Part shown: positions 1-10,756 of the stretch, one piece after another
Layout: each line of letters opens with the position of its first letter
Position numbering within the stretch: the stretch's first letter is position 1
NCBI GenBank assembly: GCA_041390285.1
Contig: JAWKQD010000002.1
Span: 131,205-195,204, forward strand
Origin: Thermodesulfobacteriota bacterium
Lineage (GTDB): Bacteria; Desulfobacterota_D; UBA1144; Nemesobacterales; UBA2774
Direction: 5' to 3'
DNA: 64,000 bases
Notes under the pieces: generated by a model
Told to the model about the DNA's origin: nothing
Seen by the model: the letters and a program-made list of their open reading frames with translations, nothing else
The model's database searches: none
Made by a program: the position numbers and the translations under genes

Positions 1-134
1 AGTTCGACCTCGTGCTGACGTTCCTGGCGATTCTAGAGCTCGCGAGGATGGAGAACATCTGGGTCTCGCAGGAAGGCCACGAGGGCGACATCATCATATC
101 CCACCACACCGGAGAGAACGAGTTTGGAGCCTAA
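1..134 (+). CDS. scpA: ScpA (segregation and condensation protein A), C-terminal end; the 5' part lies outside the window
   Basis: Frame 3 reads FDLVLTFLAILELARMENIWVSQEGHEGDIIISHH..EFGA, then TAA at 132-134. Lies directly upstream of and overlapping scpB, as in scpA-scpB operons. Confidence 0.6.
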   Translation, partial: FDLVLTFLAILELARMENIWVSQEGHEGDIIISHHTGENEFGA

Positions 135-708
135 TGACATCACCGACATCAAAAAGGCCATAGAGGCCGTGATATTCATATCCGACCAGCCCGTCACAGT
201 CGACAAGCTTATGCAGGTCTTCACGGAGCTCGAGCGCGCCGACATCAAAAAGCACGTGAAGGAGCTCATAGAAGAGTGGTCCGAATTCGGCAGAGGGTTC
301 AGGCTCGAGGAAGTGGCCGGCGGCTTCCAGTTCAGGACCAACCCTGTCCACTCCGAATTCATAGCGAGCTTCAATAAGAAGGTCCGGAAATTCAGGCTAA
401 GCCGCGCCGCGCTCGAAGTGATAGCCATAATCGCCTACAAGCAGCCGGTGACGAAGGTCGAGGTCGAGAGCATAAGGGGCGTCGATTCCTCCGGCGTCAT
501 AAACGCCCTCCTCGAAAGACGCATACTCGAAATAAAGGGACGGAAAGAGGTCATCGGCAAGCCCTTCCTCTACGGGACGACCGAGGAGTTCCTCGAAGTG
601 TTCGGGCTCAAGAGCCTGAGCGACCTCCCGACGCTTAAGGAAATAGACGACATCAGCAAGAACCTCGACCCCGGCATAACCCAGAATCCCGAGGTCGCCG
701 CCGAATGA
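124..708 (+). CDS. scpB: ScpB (segregation and condensation protein B)
   Basis: 194-aa ORF with ScpB hallmarks IEAVIFISDQPV, LSRAALEVIAIIAYKQPVTKVEVESIRGV, GRKEVIGKPFLYGTTEEFLEVFGL. TTG start overlaps the scpA stop. Confidence 0.9.
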   Translation: MEPNDITDIKKAIEAVIFISDQPVTVDKLMQVFTELERADIKKHVKELIEEWSEFGRGFRLEEVAGGFQFRTNPVHSEFIASFNKKVRKFRLSRAALEVIAIIAYKQPVTKVEVESIRGVDSSGVINALLERRILEIKGRKEVIGKPFLYGTTEEFLEVFGLKSLSDLPTLKEIDDISKNLDPGITQNPEVAAE

Positions 709-834
709 CGCGGCCCGGCATGGAGGCGTAGTCCATGGCCCGGGACGAAACCTTCGGCAGGATAAGGGAGCTCCTCTCCGAATCCGGATTCAACATATTC
801 CTCAAAATAAAAGCCTCGGATTACGACGCCTCGG

Positions 835-1488
835 TTGGGCCTGACAGGAAGGCCCGCGCTCATGAGCGATGCGAAATCGATCATACTCGTCGGCTTCGGC
901 GGCAATTCCTTCTGGAAAATTTTGAGCGCATACCTGGGCAGGAATCCGGGCTTCCGCGAGAAGCATACGGACCTCATCGACACCTACACGGTCCTCAACA
1001 TGGCCCGCGCGGGTGAGACGCTCGGCGCGGCCGGAGTACGGTACACGCTCGCCTACCCCTTCGGCGAGAACGCCCTCGCCCTCGATTTTGTCGCGCTCGG
1101 CAGGCTCGGCGGCGCGGGCGTCGGAAGCCTCCTCGGGATACTGATTAACCCCGTCTTCGGCACGTGGATGTCCTTAAGAGCAGCCATAATCACAGACGCC
1201 GAGTTCGCCGAATACGACGGCCCGCTCGAAGGGTTCGACCCCTGCCCTTCCTGTGACAAGCCCTGCATCACGGCATGCCCTGCGCATACCGTGTCCGAAT
1301 CCGGATGGGACTGGCGGGCGTGCATGGAGTGGCGGCTCGATACGGACGTCTGCTCCGAAAGGTGCGCCTCGCGCGTCGCCTGCCCGTGGGGGAGCCGCGA
1401 GAGATACAGCCCCGAGCAGATGGCCTATCATCATTCCTTCGTTTTAAAGAGCGTCCGGGCCTGGTTCGCGAAGCACCCCGGGACATAG
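835..1488 (+). CDS. Fe-S cluster-binding protein. The N-terminus probably continues from ORF 735-1016 through a 1-nt frame change near 832.
   Basis: 217-aa ORF with the ferredoxin-like motif CPSCDKPCITACP plus further Cys residues (CMEW..C..C..C). The upstream ORF reads MARDETFGRIRELLSESGFNIFLKIKASDYDASV and joins in another frame. Confidence 0.45.
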   Translation: MGLTGRPALMSDAKSIILVGFGGNSFWKILSAYLGRNPGFREKHTDLIDTYTVLNMARAGETLGAAGVRYTLAYPFGENALALDFVALGRLGGAGVGSLLGILINPVFGTWMSLRAAIITDAEFAEYDGPLEGFDPCPSCDKPCITACPAHTVSESGWDWRACMEWRLDTDVCSERCASRVACPWGSRERYSPEQMAYHHSFVLKSVRAWFAKHPGT

Positions 1489-1620
1489 ATGCCCCCGGAA
1501 AAAGACAACGCCCTAAAATACCGGTAGAATTAAGCCGGTTAAATAACCTGAATCCATAAATAATAGAAACGGAAAACACGCCGCGCGTCCGCGACGGACA
1601 AGCGGGGCACGAAGACTCAC

Positions 1621-2982
1621 ATGAAAAAGAATAAAGCCGCGGCCGAGCGCAAGAACCTTCCGCTCGTCGCAATAATCGGAAGACCGAACGTCGGAAAATC
1701 CACCCTCTTTAACAGACTCATTGGCGAGAGAAAGTCCATAGTCGAGGACATCCCCGGGGTCACGAGGGACAGGATATACGCCGACGCCGAATGGGACGGG
1801 AGGGAATTCAGCCTCGTCGATACGGGCGGGTTCGACCCCGAGGACGAGGAGCTCTATCCGTCTCTCATAAAGAACCAGATAACTATAGCGCTCGACGAAG
1901 CCGAGGTCATAATCTTCGTCCTGGATGGCAAGGAAGGCGTAATGCCCCACGACTCCGACGTCGTCGGGCTGCTGCGAAGATCAGGAAAACCCGTCATCTA
2001 TGCGGTCAACAAAATAGACCACGCAAAGCACGAGCAGGCGGCCCTCGAATTCCACTCGCTCGGGATCGAGGACTATATCGAGATATCGGCGCTACAGGGC
2101 CGGAGGATAAACGAACTCCTCGACAGGATCGTCGAGCTCCTCCCCGAGGGCGAAGAGCCGGGGGAAGAAGAAGACGACGACGGCACGATAAAAATCGCGG
2201 TCCTCGGAAAGCCGAACGTCGGGAAATCGACGCTCGTCAACAAGATCATCGGCAAGGAAAGGTCCATAACGAGCCCTATCCCCGGTACGACGAGGGACAC
2301 CATAGACACCCTCATCGAGCGCGACGGCAAGCCCTATCTCATTATCGACACCGCCGGCATAAGGCGGAGGTCGAAGATAAGCTTCTCCGTCGAGAGGCAC
2401 AGCGTGTTCCGCGCGATAAGGGCGATGGAAAAGGCTGACGTCGCGCTTTTGATGATAGACGCCGAGGAAGGCCCGACGCACCAGGACGCGCGCCTCGCGG
2501 AGCTCATAGCCGACAAAGGACGCGCGTGCATCGTGCTCCTAAACAAATGGGACCTCGTCCCGCGCGAGATAGCCGAGACGCCCGACATCGAGGGCATACT
2601 AATAGAACGCCTCCACGCCGTCTCGTACGCCCCCATCATGATAATATCGGCGCTCACGGGAAGAGGCGTCGAGAAGATATTCCAGAAGGTGAACGAGGTC
2701 TACGAGAACTTTTCGTGCCGTATTCCGACCAAGACCCTCAATCTATTCCTTAAGCGAATAACCGGCTCGAACCCGCCGCCGATCTACAAGGGAAAGGAGA
2801 TAAAGTTCTACTACATATCCCAGCCGCTCACGCAGCAGCCGACGTTCGTCATCTTCACGAACGATATAAAGGGCGTCCCCGAAAACTACAAACGCTTTTT
2901 AGAATCACGCATGCGGGAGGAATTCACTCTCGAAGGCACGCCGGTCAAAATCCTGTTCCGCTCGGCGCGCAACAAAGACTAG
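1621..2982 (+). CDS. der: Ribosome-associated GTPase Der/EngA
   Basis: 453 aa with two tandem GTPase domains (GRPNVGKST..DTGG..NKID and GKPNVGKST..DTAG..NKWD) and a C-terminal KH-like domain. Confidence 0.95.
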   Translation: MKKNKAAAERKNLPLVAIIGRPNVGKSTLFNRLIGERKSIVEDIPGVTRDRIYADAEWDGREFSLVDTGGFDPEDEELYPSLIKNQITIALDEAEVIIFVLDGKEGVMPHDSDVVGLLRRSGKPVIYAVNKIDHAKHEQAALEFHSLGIEDYIEISALQGRRINELLDRIVELLPEGEEPGEEEDDDGTIKIAVLGKPNVGKSTLVNKIIGKERSITSPIPGTTRDTIDTLIERDGKPYLIIDTAGIRRRSKISFSVERHSVFRAIRAMEKADVALLMIDAEEGPTHQDARLAELIADKGRACIVLLNKWDLVPREIAETPDIEGILIERLHAVSYAPIMIISALTGRGVEKIFQKVNEVYENFSCRIPTKTLNLFLKRITGSNPPPIYKGKEIKFYYISQPLTQQPTFVIFTNDIKGVPENYKRFLESRMREEFTLEGTPVKILFRSARNKD

Positions 2983-3000
2983 AAATAGAAAGCCCCTCAC

Positions 3001-4224
3001 CTATTTTTCAGGTGTCCCGCTCAGGGCGAGGAATATGTTCTTCTCCACCTCGCCGGCCACTGCCTCGGCGGAGAATTTCGCGATCACGCGATCACGCCCG
3101 GCTTCGCCCATCCTCTTTCTCAAGTCCGGGTCGATGGCGAGCTTCGCTATAGCCTTCCCCATCTCCTCCGTATCCCCCGGCCCGCATAGCATCCCCGTAA
3201 CGCCCTCGTCCACAGCCTCGACTATGCCGCCCGCAGCCTTGAACGCGACCACGGGCAGCGCAAAAGACATCCCCTCTATGACGGAGCGCGGGAACGGGTC
3301 GGGATAGTTCGACGGTATAACGAACACGTCGAAATCTTTAAGACACGGCCTCACGTCATCCCTGTAGCCGGTGAATATGAAATTCTCTTCGAGCCCCTTT
3401 TCGGCGACGAGCTTTTTCAGGTAAGCCAGGTGATCGCCCTCGAAGAAGTAAGGGGTATCCCCCACGATAACGAATTTGAGCCCCCCTTCCCTCTCGCCGT
3501 ATTCCCTTATCGCGACGGCAGCGGCCTCTATGAAAAGATCGTACCCCTTACGCGGCACTATCCTCCCCGTGCTCCCGACGACTACAGTTCCTTCCGGGAT
3601 GCCGTACGCGTCCCTCAGCTCCCCTACAGTCTTGACCGGGTCGTAATCGCTTACGTCCGTCCCGTTATAGACGACCGTAATCTTGTCCCTGCCGTAAGGG
3701 AACTGCGCGGCGGCAGCGCCCGAGACGCATATTATCCGTTTTACAGACGGCAGCGCAGCGAGTGAATTGATTATGGTCCCGAGGAGCCGCGTCTGCTGAA
3801 TGTTCCTCACGTGCCACACGACGGGCCTCCCGTTTATGAGCCCCATTATCGCCCCGACCACCTTTGCCTGCGTCCCGTTGCAATATATGACGTCTATCTT
3901 GTGCCGCCTCAGCCACACGGGCGACGTGACGACTAGGGACGCGAGGTCGAAGATGTTCAAAACGAGCGATGCAATGCGCGCGAGCGCGCCCCCGCCCGAG
4001 AACCAGGGCCGCTTCAGGTTCTCGGGGAACCTCCCGTCGATAATGATATTTTCGTAGAGTCCCGCGGCCTTGAGCCGCTCCGAGAACACGTCATCCTTGG
4101 GTATCAGAACGCACGGCGTCAGCTTCCCCCTGTCGATGAACTTCAGGATGTAATAAAGGCTCTTCCCGGGGCCTCCGTCCCTTATCGAATGATTGATGAA
4201 AAGTACTCTCGGGGATGAATCCAT
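3001..4224 (-). CDS. Glycosyltransferase, GT4 (GT-B fold) family
   Basis: 407-aa intact ORF. The C-terminal half has the typical GT4 pattern (VGSTGRIVPRKG.., PSNYPDPFPRSVIEGMSFALPVVA, GDTEEM). Confidence 0.8.
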   Translation of the reverse strand: MDSSPRVLFINHSIRDGGPGKSLYYILKFIDRGKLTPCVLIPKDDVFSERLKAAGLYENIIIDGRFPENLKRPWFSGGGALARIASLVLNIFDLASLVVTSPVWLRRHKIDVIYCNGTQAKVVGAIMGLINGRPVVWHVRNIQQTRLLGTIINSLAALPSVKRIICVSGAAAAQFPYGRDKITVVYNGTDVSDYDPVKTVGELRDAYGIPEGTVVVGSTGRIVPRKGYDLFIEAAAVAIREYGEREGGLKFVIVGDTPYFFEGDHLAYLKKLVAEKGLEENFIFTGYRDDVRPCLKDFDVFVIPSNYPDPFPRSVIEGMSFALPVVAFKAAGGIVEAVDEGVTGMLCGPGDTEEMGKAIAKLAIDPDLRKRMGEAGRDRVIAKFSAEAVAGEVEKNIFLALSGTPEK

Positions 4225-4367
4225 GAACGCACCTTCTTACAAGCTATGCTATCGTACCATGAGATGCGCGGTGCCGCTAATGACCCCTTATGAAATTTAC
4301 GGACGTGTGGGTATAATATAAAATTAAGGAATTTGAGGATTTACCGGCCGGAAATAAAGGAGGATCA

Positions 4368-5045
4368 ATGTTTAAAGGCTGCGGAAGGATTCTACCCAAA
4401 GGGGTGATTGCCATCCTCGCGATTGCGTTGTTCGCCATAGGCGGCTGCGACGTGGAATTCGGAGGCGGAGGCGACAACGGCGGAGGAGGCGGAGGCGGGG
4501 GTGGAAGCGAGATAGAAACCATCCAGGGCTCCGTAGTGGATGTAATCCCGGACGAACCCCTCGAAGGCATCATCGTGGACGTCTCCGTGGACGGCATTGA
4601 TCTCGAATCCGGCGTTACGGACGACGGGGGTTTCTTTTCGATCGACGGCCCCATAGCCGGAACGGCGCTCCTCGAGTTCACAAGCGAATCGGGAATGCTC
4701 CTCGGTTCGTACGGCGTCGAGATATTCCCAACGGCCATAGTCGAGCTGGGCGACATCACGCTCGAAAACGGCGTAGTCAAGCTCGATAATACCAATCCCG
4801 AAGTCACCTTCGATGCCGAAGTAACCCAGAACAACTGCACCGGTAATTCCGGCTCTTTGCAGGTCGAGGCCAGAAATGACCAGGGCACCAGGGTTGCCGT
4901 AGTTCAGATATCCAACTCGACCGACATCATAATAGACGGCGACGAGGTAGACTGCGAGGATATAATAGTGGGACGAAATGTCGAAATACAGGGCGACCTC
5001 ATATCCAGCAGCACAGTAGACGCTTCCCGCGTCGAAATCGACTAG
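4368..5045 (+). CDS. Lipoprotein with a poly-Gly linker and a carboxypeptidase-regulatory-like beta domain
   Basis: Signal peptide with lipobox FAIGGC, then a GGGGDNGGGGGGGGG linker, then IQGSVVDV..GIIVDVSVDG..GVTDDGGFFSIDG. RBS AAAGGAGG lies upstream. Confidence 0.6.
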   Translation: MFKGCGRILPKGVIAILAIALFAIGGCDVEFGGGGDNGGGGGGGGGSEIETIQGSVVDVIPDEPLEGIIVDVSVDGIDLESGVTDDGGFFSIDGPIAGTALLEFTSESGMLLGSYGVEIFPTAIVELGDITLENGVVKLDNTNPEVTFDAEVTQNNCTGNSGSLQVEARNDQGTRVAVVQISNSTDIIIDGDEVDCEDIIVGRNVEIQGDLISSSTVDASRVEID

Positions 5046-5107
5046 TCAGTAGTTTTAAGACTGGTACCGAACGATAGAGCACCGATTGGTTAACCGGTGA
5101 AAAGGAC

Positions 5108-5701
5108 TTACTTCTCGTCGAGAGATTTGACCTTCTTCTCGAGCTCCTTGATTTTCTCCATAAGAAGATCGACTTCGTTCACCTTCTCAGCATAGGGCGT
5201 GGCAGCCTTGTGTTCCGCCGCCGAATCCCCGTCGGGTTTTTGAGAGCCCACGCCCGGCATGAAATCACCCGGCTTGAAGTTCTCCATATCCGGCGGCATC
5301 GGCATACCGGGCGGGAACCATCCCATCTCCTGCCAGAGCTTTACGTTCTTCTTGAAGTTCTCCTGGACCGAGAAATAAGGCTGGAACATCATCAGGAAGT
5401 AGTTCTCGAAGAAATCCTTGGCGACCTTGTTGCCGTACTTTATTAGCATGTGCAAAAACGAAACCGGAAGTATATCTTCCTTGTTCTTTTCGCTTTCGAG
5501 TACGACCTGAATAAGTATGACCTTGGATATGTCGGCCCCGGTCTGGGAATCGATGACTTTTACCTCGTTCCCATCGCGAATGAGCGCGGCGATATCTTCC
5601 AACGTAACGTAGCGTTTGTTGGTCGAATCGTAGAGCCTTCGGTTGCTGTATTTTTTTATAGTAACCTGGCCGGGCGTTTCGCTTTCCTGTTTACCGGGCA
5701 T
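5108..5701 (-). CDS. phaR: PhaR, polyhydroxyalkanoate synthesis regulator
   Basis: VTIKKYSNRRLYDSTNKRYVTLEDIAALIRDGNEVKVIDSQTG.DISKVILIQVVLE matches the PHB/PHA accumulation regulator DNA-binding domain. I chose the internal ATG at 5701 (MPGKQESE); the ORF-track start at 5830 adds an implausible hydrophobic leader. Confidence 0.8.
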   Translation of the reverse strand: MPGKQESETPGQVTIKKYSNRRLYDSTNKRYVTLEDIAALIRDGNEVKVIDSQTGADISKVILIQVVLESEKNKEDILPVSFLHMLIKYGNKVAKDFFENYFLMMFQPYFSVQENFKKNVKLWQEMGWFPPGMPMPPDMENFKPGDFMPGVGSQKPDGDSAAEHKAATPYAEKVNEVDLLMEKIKELEKKVKSLDEK

Positions 5702-5835
5702 AAGTATTATAATTATTCGAAGAAACTGCGCACAGTCAAGAAACATGAAAATTAGACACTTGACAATTTCCCTGAAAAAAAGGAATATTTTATACAATAT
5801 ACAAATACCAGGCAGGTGTGACAGGAGCATTCGGC

Positions 5836-6792
5836 ATGACCGGCAAGCCTTATCAGATATGGTTCGATGGTGAGTTCGTCTCGTGGGAAGACGCGCAGGT
5901 ACACGTACTTACTCACACACTTCACTACGGCGTCGCGGCCTTCGAGGGGATTCGCGCATACAGATGCACCGGCGAACGTTCGGCGGTGTTCAGGCTTCCG
6001 GAACATGTGGACAGGCTCTACGCATCGGCGCATATCGCCCGTATAGATATACCCTTTTCGAAGGAAGAGACTCATAACGCAATTGTTGAGCTTCTGAACG
6101 TAAACTATCTCGAAGAGGCGTATATACGCCCGATAGCCTACATCGGCGGCGGTAAGATCGGCCTTCATCCGGGCGACAATCCCATTCACCTTGCCATTGC
6201 GGCATACCCGTGGGGGACGTATCTGGGCGAAGGCGCGCTTTCCAAGGGCATAAGCGCCAAGGTCTCTTCCTACACCAGAATGGGCGTAAATTCGTTCATG
6301 ACCAAGGCCAAGCTGAGCGGCAACTACGTCAACTCGGTCCTTGCCAAGGTCGAGGCCACGTCCTACGGCTCGGACGAAGCCATACTGCTGGACAGCGAAG
6401 GCTACGTTGCCGAGGGCTCCGGTGAAAATATATTCATAGTCCGAAACGGCAAACTCAAAACCCCTCCCCTCACATCCATACTAGAGGGCATAACCAGGGA
6501 TTCCGTAATGAAAATCGCCCAAGACGAGGGCATAGAGGTCGAGGCAGAGCGTTTCACGCGCGACGAGCTCTACATTGCGGACGAGGCTTTCTTCACAGGA
6601 ACGGCCGCCGAGATCACCCCCATCAGGGAAGTGGACAAACGCACGATCGGCAAGGGAAAGCCAGGCCCGATTACCAAGAGGCTCCAGTCCAGGTTCTTCG
6701 ACATCGTGGAAGGAAAGGACCCCAAGTTCATCGACTGGCTGGAATTCTTTTCGGCGGCTCCACCGCTCAATATCAAGAGCGAATCCAAGTAA
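5836..6792 (+). CDS. ilvE: Branched-chain amino acid aminotransferase (class IV)
   Basis: WFDGEFVSWEDAQVHVLTHTLHYGVAAFEGIRAY, SGNYVNSVLAK, EGSGENIFIV, GITRDSV. ATG at 5836 is preceded by AGGAG; the ORF track begins at a GTG at 5818. Confidence 0.9.
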   Translation: MTGKPYQIWFDGEFVSWEDAQVHVLTHTLHYGVAAFEGIRAYRCTGERSAVFRLPEHVDRLYASAHIARIDIPFSKEETHNAIVELLNVNYLEEAYIRPIAYIGGGKIGLHPGDNPIHLAIAAYPWGTYLGEGALSKGISAKVSSYTRMGVNSFMTKAKLSGNYVNSVLAKVEATSYGSDEAILLDSEGYVAEGSGENIFIVRNGKLKTPPLTSILEGITRDSVMKIAQDEGIEVEAERFTRDELYIADEAFFTGTAAEITPIREVDKRTIGKGKPGPITKRLQSRFFDIVEGKDPKFIDWLEFFSAAPPLNIKSESK

Positions 6793-6857
6793 CAAGAGCC
6801 CGGTCAGACAAACTTCTCAGGAATATGGAAATACAGTAGAGCTGCGCCTTGTGGGGT

Positions 6858-8493
6858 TTATTTGACGTCGATCTTGTACGGCATGACTGCAAAGAAGCTT
6901 TCCCGCGTTAGCGTCTCCGCAAGATCCATAAGAAACGCGGCCCGGCCTGAAAATGCCTCGGCCCCGTATAGCGAAGCCAGCCTGAGCCCGCGCTCGACGG
7001 AATAATACTTTACGAGAGGGCGCCTCCCGTCCTCTATCCCGGCCTCCTTCGAGGCGATCTCTATAGCGTCGTGAAGGCCGCCGAGCTCATCGACGAGTCC
7101 GAGCTCCTTCGCCTGCGCCCCGGTCCACACCCTGCCCCCGGCGGCAGATTCGGCCCGCTCCCTGTCCATTCTACGGCCTTCTGATACGGAATCGACGAAT
7201 GTGTCGTAGTAGGTCCTCAGCATCTCGTCGAGCCTCTTCTCCTCGTCCTTGGTAAACCCCCTGGCCGAAGAGTACATGAGGGAATGTTTCGACGACGGCA
7301 TCAGCTCTGTGCTGATTCCGAGCTTCTTCTTGAGCCCGCTCACGTCGAACTTCCCGTAAACGATGCCTATAGAGCCCGTGAGCGTCATCGGATCGGCGAC
7401 GATGGAGCGCGCCCCGAGGGAAATTAGATATCCCCCCGACGCCGCGACGTCCGACATGGACACTACTACCGGTATCTTCTCCGAGATACGCTTCAGCTTT
7501 TCCCTTATCACGTCAGAGGCGATGCCCGAGCCGCCAGGCGAGGATATCCTCAGGACGAGCGCCTTTACGCTTTTGTCCTTTGATATCTGCCCGAGGAGCT
7601 TCAATATGGGGCCTGAACGGATGGTCTTCGCGCCAGATCCCCTTCCGGAGCCGCCGGTTATCGCGCCTGTGCAAGCCAGGACGGCAACTACAGGCGGAGA
7701 GCCCGTAAATACCCTTCCAACACTTGAAAGCTTTTCTTTAAGTTTTACATATCTGTTGTATTTACGGGCAGATATTGCGCGCACTTCAAGCCCTGTCTCA
7801 TCCCCCGCCCTGTCCCTGATATCGCCCTCATAGGCGATTCCATCGACGAGATTCTCCGAAATAGCCTCTTTTGCGGTATAGGGCGCGTGGTCTATCTTCT
7901 TCTTTACCTCGCCATGGCTCATGCCCCGCCCTCGGCCACGACGCTTTCGAGCTCGGCCGAAAGGCTCCCCAGTATGGATTCCATCATCTCCCTGTGTGCC
8001 GGCGACATGGAATCCCTAGTGAACGTGTCCTTGGCGCTCTTGTAGTCGCCCAGGCCCTTATTTGGGCGTCTATGCCGAGCTTGGTGAGGGTGTCCTTAAA
8101 GAACGAGACTTCCGCGGCCAGGCCGACCAGATTCAAAGTCGCCCATGGGGAAACGTAGATTTTATCCCCGGCCGACGCCAGCAGATATTCGACGTTACCA
8201 GAGTCTTCGAGGTATACGATTATCTTTTTTCCGGCGGATTTGAGCTCGTCGAGCCGCTTTCGAATGGAATTCGCGCGTCCTACGCCTATATTGAGCGTCT
8301 TGATGCGTACTATGACGCCGCGTATGTTCTCCGCCTGCTCGGCAGCTGTGAGTGTGCGCTCGATGTCTCCCGAGGAAAGCGGCAGCTCCCCGCCTATAAA
8401 GCCGAGCATCTTTTTCCCGGGCTCGTCCGGGATGTCGCCCGAGAGCTCGAGATCCAAAAAGTTATAGCGTCCCACAGGACTCAAAGGATTCAT
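6858..8493 (-). pseudogene. sppA: Signal peptide peptidase SppA (two-domain, 67K type), interrupted by two frame changes as sequenced
   Basis: N-terminal domain is ORF 7984-8493 and C-terminal domain is ORF 6858-7922 (..ISSPGGSG.., MSDVAASGGY). A third frame between them reads KGLGDYKSAKDTFTRDSMSPAHREMMESILGSLSAELESVVAEG. Shifts lie near 8050 and 7925. Confidence 0.8.
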
Positions 8494-8551
8494 ACCTGTA
8501 CCGTCCGTAACTAAAACTTGAGAGTATGTATATTAGTATGCCGGACTAATC

Positions 8552-10025
8552 CTAAAGACCGAGGATATAATCCAGTATCGTCCTCACGCCGAACCCCGTC
8601 CCGCCTTTCGGGTAGAACTCCCCTTCCCTTTCCGCATAGGCAGGCCCGGCAAGGTCTATGTGCGCCCACGGGGTCTCGCCGACGAAGTTTTCGAGGAACA
8701 TCGCCGCCGTTATCGCGCCGCCCCACCTGCTGCCGGCGTTCTTTATGTCGGCAACGTCGCTCTTTATCTCGGACCTCAATTCATCGTCCAGCGGAAGCTC
8801 CCAAATCTTCTCACCGGCCGCCCTCGAAGCTTCGAGTATCTTCGCCGCGAGCTTGGGATCATTGCTCATAAGGCCGGCCGTATAAAGGCCCAGGCCCACG
8901 ATGCAGGCCCCCGTCAGGGTCGCCATATCCACGATCTCGGCCGCCTTCAGCTCGACGGCGTAGGACAGCGCATCCGACAGAACCACCCTTCCCCTCGGCG
9001 TCGGTGTTTATGACCTCTATTGTCTTTCCGTTGTACGCCTTAATGACGTCGTCCGGTTTATAGGCCTTGGGGCCGGTCATGTTCTCGCACGACGCTATGA
9101 GCCCGTGGACCCTGACGCCCGGCTTTAAGGCCGGAAGGGCCTTCATCACCCCGAGCACCGCCGCAGCGCCCGCCATATCCATCTTCATCGTGCGCATGCT
9201 GTCCGCGGGCTTTATGCAGAGTCCGCCCGAATCGAACGTGATGCCCTTTCCGACTATCGCTATGGTCTTGGTTGGTTTTTTAGAGGGCTCGTATGTAAGG
9301 TGAATAAACCTCGGCTCCTGGTCGCTCCCGCTCGTTACCGCCTGGATGCCGCGCATGCCGCGTCTGTCTATCTCCTCCGGGCCGAATATCTCGCACCCGA
9401 GGCCGCCCTCTTCGGCTATGCCCTCGGCAGTCTCTGCGAGCTTCGTCGGGGTCATGTAAACAGGGGGCTCGTTCACGAGATCGCGTACGAGATTCGTTGA
9501 CTCTCCTACAGCCTTTGCAAGGCCGGTCTCCGTGGCGAGCCGCCTTTCGGTGAGACCGTCCGAGGAGAGTACTATCTCCTTCAGCCTGCTCCCTTCCTCG
9601 CCGTTCGTCTTGTACTTGCCAAACTCGTATGCCCCGAGGTAGAGCCCCTCCGAGAGTGCCCTCACGTAACCCGATTTGTTCGAGAAACTCGGGCTGAAGG
9701 CTATCGACACCGACGATTTCCTTAGCCTCTTGGCCGATACGATCCCCGCTTTCCTTAAAGTCACCCCGCCCAGGCCGCGCTTCTGCCCGAGCCCGACAAC
9801 GAGGACGCGCTTTGCCCCTATGCGCCCGAAGGTCGAGCCCAGAAGAACAGCCTTCCCCGCTTCCCCGTCGAATTTCTCCGACCCGATCAGCGTCTTCAGC
9901 TCGCCGCCCAGGGCCCTATCGATTTCCTTCAAATCGCCCGAGATACCCTCGCCCTTTAACATCCCGAGAATGAGAGCATCTGCTTTAACTTTCTTTATGT
10001 TTTCCTTTCCGATTATAAATTTCAA
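8552..10025 (-). pseudogene. pepA: Leucyl aminopeptidase (M17), single frame change as sequenced
   Basis: VGKGITFDSGG and NTDAEG motifs in ORF 8859-10025. The continuation (R)VVLSDALSYAVELK..MATLTGA is in ORF 8552-8986. Removing one base of the TT pair at 8989-8990 restores NTDAEGRVVLSDAL. Confidence 0.9.
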
Positions 10026-10298
10026 TTGTTATATGCTCCTTCGCTCTATATATTATTTAATAGCAGAACGGATTATCTAATCTTAGCATACAGGCACGTA
10101 ATTGTAAGCCCGTGGAGCCAAACCCGATTTTACCGAAAACCCTTTATTTTTCGAATGTATGAAGCAGGTTGGATATGTCTATATACAATAAAAGTTATTT
10201 AATATACCGAATTGAAAATTTCGCTGGCTCCGGCTGCCAATATTAGGTAAATTAATACTGAACATAAAATCTTTAAATTTAGTAAGGAGGTAATTGTA

Positions 10299-10577
10299 AT
10301 GGGTTGCCCGTACAAAGCAATTGCTGATGATACGAGAAGGAAGATCCTCGAGTTTTTAAGCGAGGGCGAAAGCGCTGCAGGAGATATCGCAAGCAAGTTC
10401 GATATATCCAAGCCTGCCATTTCGAATCATCTCAAGATTTTGAAGGAAGCCGATATTGTCAATGAGCGCAAGGTCAGACAAAACCGGCTATATTCCTTGA
10501 ACAGCGAGAAGATAGACAACATGAAGTTCTTTCTCACCTCGCTGACAGGAAAAGACAGCCAGAACGTGAGAGCTTGA
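10299..10577 (+). CDS. ArsR/SmtB family transcriptional regulator (paralogue 1)
   Basis: 92 aa: MGCPYKAIADDTRRKILEFL..AGDIASKFDISKPAISNHLKILKEADIV.ERKVRQNRLYSL, a winged HTH. RBS AAGGAGG lies upstream. Confidence 0.85.
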   Translation: MGCPYKAIADDTRRKILEFLSEGESAAGDIASKFDISKPAISNHLKILKEADIVNERKVRQNRLYSLNSEKIDNMKFFLTSLTGKDSQNVRA

Positions 10578-10756
10578 CGGCCGGAATACCAGCGCATCGT
10601 GAAGATGCGTTCGCTCTACGGCTTTCAAATCTAAATTCAATCGACCATAGGCCGTTTCCGGTACGAGCTCCCGGAAGCGGCCTTCTATCTTAAAGGCCCG
10701 CGAAGGCAGCCACCGCTGCCGAACGGAACCAGCTCGGCTGACCCCGGAGAAGTGCA

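Noticed and set aside
4277-4888. Minus-strand ORF with a poly-Pro run, and the GGN-rich DNA at about 4455-4510 as a possible tandem repeat or CRISPR-like element
   Set aside because: The poly-Pro run is the complement of the poly-Gly linker of the plus-strand lipoprotein. The repeat is simple codon repetition, with no spacer/repeat architecture.
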